Below, one piece after another: positions 56,434 to 64,000 of a stretch of 64,000 bases of DNA. Position numbers and translations under genes: made by a program. Under the pieces are notes generated by a model. It searched no databases, was not told the DNA's origin, and was given only the letters and a program-made list of their open reading frames with translations. The stretch comes from a virus (Duplodnaviria; Caudoviricetes): IMG/VR virus record IMGVR_UViG_3300021964_009400; one strand, given 5' to 3'. How positions within the stretch are numbered: position 1 is the stretch's first letter; each line of letters opens with the position of its first letter.

Positions 56434-57155
56434 GTATTGGTATATTATCTTGGAAAAGTGGACAAACTCTTGTTAACACTTTACAAACTTACTTTGATAG
56501 AAAATTTCTTCATCAAGTAAATGATGTATGTATTTTATTCCAAGAAGTTTCAGAACAAGATAAACAAATAGCAGAACATTTTAACATTCCTTATATTGGA
56601 TTAAATAATAATATAGGAATAGGACAAGGATTTATTAGATTGACTGAGCAGGCTAAAACTGATAATGTAATGGTTTTAGAACATGATTGGAAATTAATTG
56701 AAGATGCAGGAGTTACCATTGATAGAGTAAAGAGTGGAATAGAGTTATTAGATAATGGATATTCTTGTGTAAGATACAGACATAGAAAAGACCCTGGTCA
56801 TCCACATTTTTCATTTAGATATCAAGGTAAAGAACTAGATTACTACGATAAGGAAATAGAGTGTACATCACCTCATTTATTAGATTCAGTTCATTGGTGT
56901 GACCCATTTGAAAGTTTCCCACAACATATTGGAAAAGAAGGTGAGTATTTTACTACAACATCTCGTTATGGTAATTGGACAAATAATCCTTGTTTATATA
57001 AAAAGGATTTTTACCTAGATACAGTAAAACAATTTGCTGGTGAGGGTATTGCATTAGAAGGTAACATTTCTAAATGGTGGGCTAAACAAACTTATAAAGT
57101 TGCTCATGGTGAGGGATTGTTCAAACACATAGATGAAGGTAAACATGGCAGATAA
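56415..57155 (+). CDS. Putative glycosyltransferase (GT-A-like)
   Basis: NNNIGI, LEHDW, WTNNP; island context. Confidence 0.5.
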   Translation: MEKLPISIGILSWKSGQTLVNTLQTYFDRKFLHQVNDVCILFQEVSEQDKQIAEHFNIPYIGLNNNIGIGQGFIRLTEQAKTDNVMVLEHDWKLIEDAGVTIDRVKSGIELLDNGYSCVRYRHRKDPGHPHFSFRYQGKELDYYDKEIECTSPHLLDSVHWCDPFESFPQHIGKEGEYFTTTSRYGNWTNNPCLYKKDFYLDTVKQFAGEGIALEGNISKWWAKQTYKVAHGEGLFKHIDEGKHGR

Positions 57156-58521
57156 AATTAAATTAGTTATATTCGATTTAGATGGTGTATTAGTGGAAGC
57201 TAAAAACATACACTATAAAGCACTTAATGAAGCATTAGGTAAAGAATATGCTATAACTTGGAATGAACATCTATCAACTTATGATGGATTAAAAACCACT
57301 CAAAAGTTAGATATGTTAACAGAAAGAAAAGGATTATCTGTTGATGAACATCAATCTATTTGGGAAAGAAAACAACAGATTACACTTCAGAAACTAAAAC
57401 AATTAGGTACAGATGATATTCTTATTGAGTTGATGGATTGGTTATCATCAAATGGATACAAAATAGCAGTATGTTCTAATTCAATTAGAAAAACAGTTCT
57501 AACTGTACTTTCAAAGTTGGGTATTATGGAATTTATGGATTACATTATATCAAATGAAGATGTGGATAATAGTAAACCACATCCTGAAATGTATTGGACT
57601 GCAATTTCAAAGATGAAATCTTTACCAGAAGAAACTTTAATAGTAGAAGATTCTCCTTATGGATTACTTGCAGCTGCTCGTTCTAAATCACATATATTGA
57701 GAGTTAAGAATACAAAACAAACTAATTTAAAAAACATACAAAATAAATTAAATCAAATAGAAATGGGAGAACAACAATCAACACCGGCATGGAGAGATGA
57801 AACATTAAATGTTTTAATTCCAATGGCAGGAGCAGGAAGTAGATTTCAACAAGCAGGATATACTTTTCCAAAACCACTTATTGAAGTTAAAGGTAAGCCT
57901 ATGATTCAAGTTGTGGTAGAAAATTTAAATATTAAAGCAAACTTTATTTATGTTGTACAAAAAGAACATAGAGAAAAGTATAATTTAGATACTTTATTAA
58001 ATTTAATTACACCAAATTGTAAGATTGTTGAAGTAGATGGATTAACAGAAGGTGCAGCTTGTACGGCATTACTTGCTAAAGAATATATTGATTCGGAAAA
58101 TCCTTTATTCTTCGCTAACTCAGACCAATTTGTTGAGTGGGATTCAAATGAGTTTTTATACAAAATGAATGAAACAAACGCAGATGGTGGAATTGTATCA
58201 TTTAGAGCAACACACCCAAAGTGGTCATTTGCTAAGATTGATGAACAAGGATTAGTAACTGAAGTTGCAGAAAAGAATCCTATCTCAGATATCGCAACTG
58301 TTGGATATTATTATTGGAAACAAGGTTCTGATTTTGTAAAGTATGCAGAAGAAATGATTGAAAAAGATATCAGAGTAAACAATGAGTTTTATGTTTGTCC
58401 TGTTTTCAATCAAGCAATAGAAGATGGAAAAGAAATTCGTACCTTTGATATTCCTAAGATGTGGGGATTAGGTACACCAGAAGATTTAAAAGAATATTTA
58501 GAAAATTATAAACAAAAATGA
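57145..58521 (+). CDS. HAD phosphatase fused to NDP-sugar nucleotidyltransferase-like domain
   Basis: FDLDGV, CSNS, SKPHPE, VEDS; then IPMAGAGSRF..PKPLI, NSDQ, NNEFYV..WGLGTPED. Confidence 0.88.
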   Translation: MADKIKLVIFDLDGVLVEAKNIHYKALNEALGKEYAITWNEHLSTYDGLKTTQKLDMLTERKGLSVDEHQSIWERKQQITLQKLKQLGTDDILIELMDWLSSNGYKIAVCSNSIRKTVLTVLSKLGIMEFMDYIISNEDVDNSKPHPEMYWTAISKMKSLPEETLIVEDSPYGLLAAARSKSHILRVKNTKQTNLKNIQNKLNQIEMGEQQSTPAWRDETLNVLIPMAGAGSRFQQAGYTFPKPLIEVKGKPMIQVVVENLNIKANFIYVVQKEHREKYNLDTLLNLITPNCKIVEVDGLTEGAACTALLAKEYIDSENPLFFANSDQFVEWDSNEFLYKMNETNADGGIVSFRATHPKWSFAKIDEQGLVTEVAEKNPISDIATVGYYYWKQGSDFVKYAEEMIEKDIRVNNEFYVCPVFNQAIEDGKEIRTFDIPKMWGLGTPEDLKEYLENYKQK

Positions 58522-58970
58522 TATTAATTTCACATAGAGGAAATCTAGATGGTAAACAAGAAAACCTTGAAAACATTCCAGGCTATATTGATGCAGCAAT
58601 AGAACAAGGTTTTGATGTTGAAGTAGATTTAAGATATCATGAAGGTGGATTTTGGTTAGGACATGATAAACCTGATTACGAAATTACTTTAGATTGGTTA
58701 AGTGATAGAAAAGATTCTTTATGGATTCATTGTAAAGATTTAATTACAATTGATATGTTAAGAGAATTACAAATCCATAATAAACTTGATTTAAATTATT
58801 TCTTTCATGATACCGATGATTGTACTATTACATCAAAAGGAGATTTATGGGTTTATCCTGGTAAACAACCAGTAAAGAATAGTATAGCAGTACTACCTGA
58901 ATGGTATTTAGAAGATGATATTAGTTTTTGTAAAGGAATATGTTCAGATGTTATAAAAAAATATGAATAG
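58518..58970 (+). CDS. Glycerophosphodiester-phosphodiesterase-like small protein
   Basis: ISHRGN..EN, VEVD, LGHD, WIHCK. Confidence 0.75.
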   Translation: MILISHRGNLDGKQENLENIPGYIDAAIEQGFDVEVDLRYHEGGFWLGHDKPDYEITLDWLSDRKDSLWIHCKDLITIDMLRELQIHNKLDLNYFFHDTDDCTITSKGDLWVYPGKQPVKNSIAVLPEWYLEDDISFCKGICSDVIKKYE

Positions 58971-59406
58971 TAAACAAAAAATAGGATTTACTGCTGGTAA
59001 CTTTGATTTACTACATCCAGGTTATATTTACACTTTTGAAGAGGCAAAAAGACATTGTGACAAATTTATAGTGTTTCTTCAAAGAGACCCATCACAACAT
59101 AGAAAATCAAAATATAAACCAATCATACCAATATATGAAAGGTATAAAACATTAATGGCAATAAAATATATCGATGAAGTTTATATTTATCAAACTGAAA
59201 AAGATTTATTAAAATTAATCAAGTTTTTTAAACCTGATGTTAGAATACTTGGTGAAGATTATATAGGTAAACCATTTACTGGTAATGATTTGGATATAGA
59301 AGTTATCTATACAACTCGTTCTCATGACTGGTCAACAACAAAAATCAAAGATTTAATTACAAAACAAACAATTAAACAAAATCCAAACATATTAAATGAT
59401 GAATAA
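58963..59406 (+). CDS. Cytidylyltransferase (TagD/RfaE-like)
   Basis: TAGNFDLLHPGY, GEDY, STTKIK. Confidence 0.85.
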   Translation: MNSKQKIGFTAGNFDLLHPGYIYTFEEAKRHCDKFIVFLQRDPSQHRKSKYKPIIPIYERYKTLMAIKYIDEVYIYQTEKDLLKLIKFFKPDVRILGEDYIGKPFTGNDLDIEVIYTTRSHDWSTTKIKDLITKQTIKQNPNILNDE

Positions 59407-60598
59407 ACCAGAACAAGCAATACCATTATTTAAAGTATTTATGGCACAAACTGCAAAAGAAAAAGTTGGTGAAGTTTTAGATAGTGGGTATATAGGACAA
59501 GGACCAAAGGTAGATGAATTTGAAAAACAACTTGGAGAATACTTTGGAAATAAAAAAGTAGTTACAACAAATGCAGGAACATCAGCATTACATTTAGCAT
59601 TACACTTACTTAAGAAACCAAAAGAAAATTGGATAGAGGAATTTCATGGTGTGGCATTTGTTGAACACAATTGGCCAGGTATTCAAGATGGTGATGAAGT
59701 TCTTGCAACACCACTAACCTGTACTGCATCTAATTGGCCAATCGTAGCAAATAATCTAAAAATCAAATGGGTAGATATAGACCCAACAACTTTGAATATG
59801 GATTTAAAAGATTTGGAAACAAAGATGACTCCAAAAACCAAAGCAATTATGGGAGTTCATTGGGGTGGATATCCATTAGATTTAGATGAGATTAGAAATA
59901 TCAGAGGAAGATTTAGAAAAGAACATGGATGGGCACCTGCATTAATCGAAGATGGAGCACATTCAATTGGCACAAAATATAAAGGAAAGTATTTAGGTAA
60001 CCATAATAACTTTGTAATGAATTCTTTACAAGCAATTAAACACATCACATCAGTAGATGGTGGTATTTTATATTGTCCACACGAAGAATTATATGAAAGA
60101 GCAAAGTTATTAAGGTGGTATGGTATTGATAGAAATCCAAAAGGTAGAACTGATTTCAGATGTGAGGCAGATATACCTGAGTGGGGATTTAAGTTTCATA
60201 TGAACGATGTATGTGCAGTAGTTGGTATGGAAAACTTTAAACATTTAGATGAAATAACTTCTAAACATAAGGAAAATGCTAGTTACTATGATAAGCACTT
60301 ACAAAATATAGAAGGAGTTACACTTCTAAAAAGAGAAGAAGGATTTGAATCAGCATTTTGGATTTACTCACTATTGGTTGATGATAGACCATCGTTTTAC
60401 AAATATATGCACGAGTGTAATATCACAGTTTCTCAAGTACATGAAAGAAATGATAAACATTCTTGTATGAAAGAATTTAAAACCGATTTACCAAATTTAG
60501 ATAAAACAATTGGTCATGTAGTATCTATACCAGTTGGTTGGTGGGTAACAAAAGAAGAACGAGAATACATTGTAGATTGTATAAAAAAATGGAAATAA
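59396..60598 (+). CDS. DegT/DnrJ/EryC1/StrS sugar aminotransferase
   Basis: GPKVDEFE, AGTSALHLA, EDGAHSIG, SLQAIKH..DGG. Confidence 0.92.
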   Translation: MMNKPEQAIPLFKVFMAQTAKEKVGEVLDSGYIGQGPKVDEFEKQLGEYFGNKKVVTTNAGTSALHLALHLLKKPKENWIEEFHGVAFVEHNWPGIQDGDEVLATPLTCTASNWPIVANNLKIKWVDIDPTTLNMDLKDLETKMTPKTKAIMGVHWGGYPLDLDEIRNIRGRFRKEHGWAPALIEDGAHSIGTKYKGKYLGNHNNFVMNSLQAIKHITSVDGGILYCPHEELYERAKLLRWYGIDRNPKGRTDFRCEADIPEWGFKFHMNDVCAVVGMENFKHLDEITSKHKENASYYDKHLQNIEGVTLLKREEGFESAFWIYSLLVDDRPSFYKYMHECNITVSQVHERNDKHSCMKEFKTDLPNLDKTIGHVVSIPVGWWVTKEEREYIVDCIKKWK

Positions 60599-61011
60599 GG
60601 TTAGAACCATTAAAACAACATAATTTAAGATTTCTGTTATCAGTAAGAAATGTGGAATCTACGCGTACACAATTAAAAAATGATACCTCGTATTCTTTAG
60701 ATGAATGTGAAGATTGGTTTGAAAAAATGAAACCAAAATGGTTTATAATTTACAATGAAAATAATGAAGAAGTTGGTTATATAAGAACTGATGGTGATGA
60801 AGTTGGGTGTGATATACACCCAAATTATAGAAGAAAAGGATATGCAAGAGCAGCATATACAAAGTATTTAGAGGATAAAGATTATGCAGACCTTTGGGTC
60901 TTTGAAGATAATCACGCAAAAAAGTTATACGAAGAACTAGGATTTGTTGAAACCGGTGAAAGTGGTTTAAAAAGAGGTAGAAAATATTTAAAAATGGTTT
61001 ACAATAAATGA
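60589..61011 (+). CDS. GNAT acetyltransferase
   Basis: HPNYRRKGYA, N..AKKLYEELGF; start 60589. Confidence 0.8.
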   Translation: MEIRLEPLKQHNLRFLLSVRNVESTRTQLKNDTSYSLDECEDWFEKMKPKWFIIYNENNEEVGYIRTDGDEVGCDIHPNYRRKGYARAAYTKYLEDKDYADLWVFEDNHAKKLYEELGFVETGESGLKRGRKYLKMVYNK

Positions 61012-61718
61012 AAGTAGCATTAATGTTAACTGGTCTTGCACGAAAAGTTCAAGAAGGTTATGATGGTTATTGGAAATATATTATAGATAATAATGATGTT
61101 GATTTATATCTTCATGCTTGGGAATCTAAACCTGATGAAATAACAAATAATGAAGATAGTGATAATGTTCTTAAAGTTTATCCTAATCCAAAATATATAA
61201 AGATTGAAAAACCATTTAAATTTACTAAATACAGAGAAGGTATAAAAACACCAAGAGATGATAAATCAAGACCTCTTGTAGATTTTGATGTATTCAGTAA
61301 TTTCAGAAGTTTTCCTATGTATTATTCTTGGGAATCTACCTACAAAGAAATACAAAATTCAAATATTAATTACGATTGTATTATAAGAAGTAGATACGAT
61401 ATTAGTGGAAATAATTTAAATATATCTGAACTTGATTTAAAGAAAATATACACATCAAATCATCATTGGAAAAACAGTCATGTTCATGATGATAATTTTT
61501 ACATATCAAATCAAAGTAATTCTAATAAAGTATTTAATAATATATTTGAAAACATAGTTGAGTTTAATAGAAATAAAGGTATGATGGATAGTGCAGAAGA
61601 AAATTTAACAAAATATTTTGAAAGAATAGGATTAATAGATATAGCAGAAAAATCAGATAAAATAAAATTTGATTTATTAAGAGATAATAAGGTTTGGTGG
61701 CCAAGTGATATAAAATGA
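61008..61718 (+). CDS. Hypothetical, putative glycan-modifying protein
   Basis: VALMLTG..R, DLYLHAW, CIIRSRYD. Confidence 0.5.
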   Translation: MKVALMLTGLARKVQEGYDGYWKYIIDNNDVDLYLHAWESKPDEITNNEDSDNVLKVYPNPKYIKIEKPFKFTKYREGIKTPRDDKSRPLVDFDVFSNFRSFPMYYSWESTYKEIQNSNINYDCIIRSRYDISGNNLNISELDLKKIYTSNHHWKNSHVHDDNFYISNQSNSNKVFNNIFENIVEFNRNKGMMDSAEENLTKYFERIGLIDIAEKSDKIKFDLLRDNKVWWPSDIK

Positions 61719-62389
61719 AAATAGGAATTAATTTAGTAGGAGTATCTTATAACAATGCTATCGAAGGTGGTAGGTTAAGAAATTATGAAGATGCAATAGA
61801 AAATTTTTATAAATATATTGTAGAACCATTTAGAAAAGATGGTCATGAAGTTTCATTTTATTTATATAGTTATGAAAATGAAAAACAAGATAAAATAATT
61901 AATGATTATACTCCTTGTATCAAATCACAATTTGTAAAACCAAATTATAATAAATTAGGTGGAGGTGATAAAGTTTCTGAAGGATATAAAGTAATGACAG
62001 TAAGTTACTTAAATAGTTTAGAGCAACTTAAAAATGAAGATTTAGATTTAGTGATATCAACTCGATATGATATAAACTTTTTTAAAAATCCATTTGAAGT
62101 ATATGATTATAATTTTGATAAGATGAACTTTTTATGGAGAGAACCTGAATTTATGCATTTACCAATAGTTAATGATACATTCTTGGTATTTCCATATAAA
62201 ATGTTAGATAATGTTATTAAATCTATAATTGAGATGGAAGAAAATCCACCACATGGAGTAAATGTAGCAATGCACAATTGGTATTTACCAATGGTAAATC
62301 AAGTTGGAGAAGATAAAGTACAATGGGTTGATGATAGATTTAGAACTGCAATAGAAAATGAATTATATAAATTAACAAGAAAAGGATAA
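61715..62389 (+). CDS. Hypothetical, similar pattern to the 61008 ORF
   Basis: VISTRYD, NDTFLV. Confidence 0.5.
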   Translation: MKIGINLVGVSYNNAIEGGRLRNYEDAIENFYKYIVEPFRKDGHEVSFYLYSYENEKQDKIINDYTPCIKSQFVKPNYNKLGGGDKVSEGYKVMTVSYLNSLEQLKNEDLDLVISTRYDINFFKNPFEVYDYNFDKMNFLWREPEFMHLPIVNDTFLVFPYKMLDNVIKSIIEMEENPPHGVNVAMHNWYLPMVNQVGEDKVQWVDDRFRTAIENELYKLTRKG

Positions 62390-62392
62390 CAT

Positions 62393-63028
62393 ATGATTAA
62401 AACACATAAAATTAAATATGATACTTCAAAGTATCAATTCAGACCTTTGATTAAAAAAATCTTAGGTGAAAAGAGTTTAGAAAATTTACATGAGGTTAAA
62501 AAGTATGAAAGATATACAGAACCAACAGACCAAGCAACTATATGGCATAAAACTTACTATGATAAATTTAAAGAACAATTTTATCCTTTGTACAGACAAT
62601 TTATAGAAGAGTTTGTAAAACCTCAGTTTGAATATGATGAAATCATTTATCAAAAGATTCCTACATTCAGAGTTCATCAAGTTGATAACTTAGGAGTTGG
62701 TGAGTGGCATAGAGATAGAGATTATAATCATGGAGTAGATGAGATTAACTTGTGGTTACCATTTACTGATGCCTATGGAACGAATACTATATGGATGGAA
62801 TCAGAAGAGGGAAAAGAAGATTTCAAAGGTTACGATGTATCTTATGGAGAAATTTTGGTATTTAGTGGACCTAATCTGTTGCATGGTAATCAAACTAATA
62901 TAGAAAAAGATAGTAGATGTTCAATTGATTTTAGGATAGTACATCCTAATAAATTCAAAACATCAGATAAAGGTAGTGTTACTGCTAATGTTAAATTTAA
63001 AGTTGGAGGATACTTCGAAAAAATATGA
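62393..63028 (+). CDS. Fe(II)/2OG dioxygenase (StrG-like)
   Basis: WHRD, NLWLPFT, LLHGN, RCSIDFR. Confidence 0.8.
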   Translation: MIKTHKIKYDTSKYQFRPLIKKILGEKSLENLHEVKKYERYTEPTDQATIWHKTYYDKFKEQFYPLYRQFIEEFVKPQFEYDEIIYQKIPTFRVHQVDNLGVGEWHRDRDYNHGVDEINLWLPFTDAYGTNTIWMESEEGKEDFKGYDVSYGEILVFSGPNLLHGNQTNIEKDSRCSIDFRIVHPNKFKTSDKGSVTANVKFKVGGYFEKI

Positions 63029-63195
63029 AAGATTTAAGAGATGATTTAGAATTGGAATTAATGAATGCAAAAATCAATGCAACCTCACCTTATAATGATG
63101 GGTGGACACAACAAGGTTACAAAGAAAAAGTAATTCAGTTAGAGAAAAAATTAAAATCAGTAGGAAAACAATTAAAATTTAATTTTAATGAGTAA
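63025..63195 (+). CDS. Small hypothetical protein (56 aa, not in ORF track)
   Basis: MKDLRDDLELELMNAKINATSPYNDGWTQQGYKEK...; overlaps neighbours on both sides. Confidence 0.55.
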   Translation: MKDLRDDLELELMNAKINATSPYNDGWTQQGYKEKVIQLEKKLKSVGKQLKFNFNE

Positions 63196-63949
63196 ATTAA
63201 TAAGTGGTTATTGGTGGGCATGGAGAGAAGTAGAAGCTGGAAAGAAATCTATGCAAACTCTTCGTAAGTTTTATCCTGATTCAGACCTTTTCATTAATGT
63301 AGATTATGAAGGTGATGTAGATGGATATACAAAAGTAGGTGAAGAATTAGGGGCAACTGTTACTCGTAATAATTTTCAATTAGGATACTGTGGAAACTTT
63401 GGTGATAGAAATATTGGATATGAACATTGGACCAAAGAAAAAGCAGTAGAGTGGTTAAGAGGAGTTTATGATGCGTGTAAGAAAACAGATTCAAGATATA
63501 TGATGTTATTTGAAGAAGATGATTTCGTATTGGATACGATTAGTATTTTAAATTTAGATTTTTCAATGGCAATTCATCCAACTGCACCATCACCAACTGG
63601 TAGAATGAGGGCAAATAATATACCTTATAAATTTTTAGAATATTCTAAATCAGTAGGAGGCGTTGATTTTTGTCCTGGTTATGCGAGTGGTGGTGGAACT
63701 ATATTCAATAGAGAAGAATATATTGATGCTTATGAAAGAACTTTAGATTTATATACTGAGAACTTTGATGAGTTTTGTAAAATAAATAAAATATATGGTT
63801 GGCAAGATTTCTTATTTCAATACATAATGATGTTAGGTGGATATGAAATTATTCAAAATACAAAATTATGTGAATTATGGGAAGTACCAAATTTTCAAGA
63901 GTTTGAAATATTAACAGGTTGTAAAGACCCAAATTTAGTTAAAATATAA
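63188..63949 (+). CDS. Hypothetical, putative glycosyltransferase-like protein
   Basis: MLFEEDDF (DxD-like), GGGTIF; island context. Confidence 0.5.
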   Translation: MSKLISGYWWAWREVEAGKKSMQTLRKFYPDSDLFINVDYEGDVDGYTKVGEELGATVTRNNFQLGYCGNFGDRNIGYEHWTKEKAVEWLRGVYDACKKTDSRYMMLFEEDDFVLDTISILNLDFSMAIHPTAPSPTGRMRANNIPYKFLEYSKSVGGVDFCPGYASGGGTIFNREEYIDAYERTLDLYTENFDEFCKINKIYGWQDFLFQYIMMLGGYEIIQNTKLCELWEVPNFQEFEILTGCKDPNLVKI

Positions 63950-64000
63950 TGGATGATGAAGATATGACAATATTAGGATGTATAACAAAATATAAACCAC
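63949..64000 (+). CDS. 3'-truncated ORF
   Basis: MDDEDMTILGCITKYKP runs off the window. Confidence 0.4.
   Translation, partial: MDDEDMTILGCITKYKP

Noticed and set aside
1094-62680. All minus-strand ORFs and the short alternative-frame plus-strand ORFs in the track (e.g. 4816-5151, 22400-22702, 34991-35323, 35796-36089, 53190-53576)
   Set aside because: They lie within or across well-supported + strand genes, show the low-complexity Leu/Phe/Ile/Ser composition of shadow frames, and have no motifs or promoters.
1-64000. tRNA, tmRNA or rRNA genes
   Set aside because: Intergenic gaps are short, and I saw no cloverleaf or T-loop (GTTCRA) pattern; a tRNAscan-SE run would be needed to exclude them fully.
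1-64000. Stop-codon reassignment (alternative genetic code)
   Set aside because: Conserved genes are full length in code 11 and end at TAA, TAG (e.g. 24104, 34392) and TGA alike.
40063-64000. Bacterial chromosome or capsule-locus origin for the TBDT and sugar genes
   Set aside because: They are interleaved with gp44/gp62-type and other phage genes, use the same promoter motifs and share the GATC avoidance.

Overview
AT-rich window, with essentially all genes on the + strand, from a large T4-like (probably contractile-tailed, possibly jumbo) dsDNA phage. The host is most likely Bacteroidota/Flavobacteriia: about 14 promoters match the Bacteroidota TTTG-N19-20-TAnnTTTG consensus. From start to end it contains: end of a baseplate/tail module; early-gene islands behind a 4-copy promoter cassette; a compact family A DNA polymerase; a lipoprotein nuclease; adhesin-like genes; a helicase + methylase + half-methylase RM-like triplet; and a T4-type replication core (gp32, UvsX, RNase H, gp41, NrdBA, Trx, family B polymerase, gp45, gp44/62). 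It also carries six methyltransferase-fold genes, a complete TonB-dependent transporter in its own transcription unit, and a roughly 15 kb glycosyltransferase/NDP-sugar island. The strongest candidate for an undescribed system is a promoter-bounded operon at 27689-31857, between NrdAB and the replicative polymerase. It encodes a divergent dCMP-type thymidylate-synthase homologue, a glutaminase-less asparagine-synthetase-like PP-loop ligase, a fold-type-II PLP enzyme and an SPPY methyltransferase, and looks like a new DNA base hypermodification pathway. All calls come from motif recognition by eye; no database search, alignment or folding program was run.
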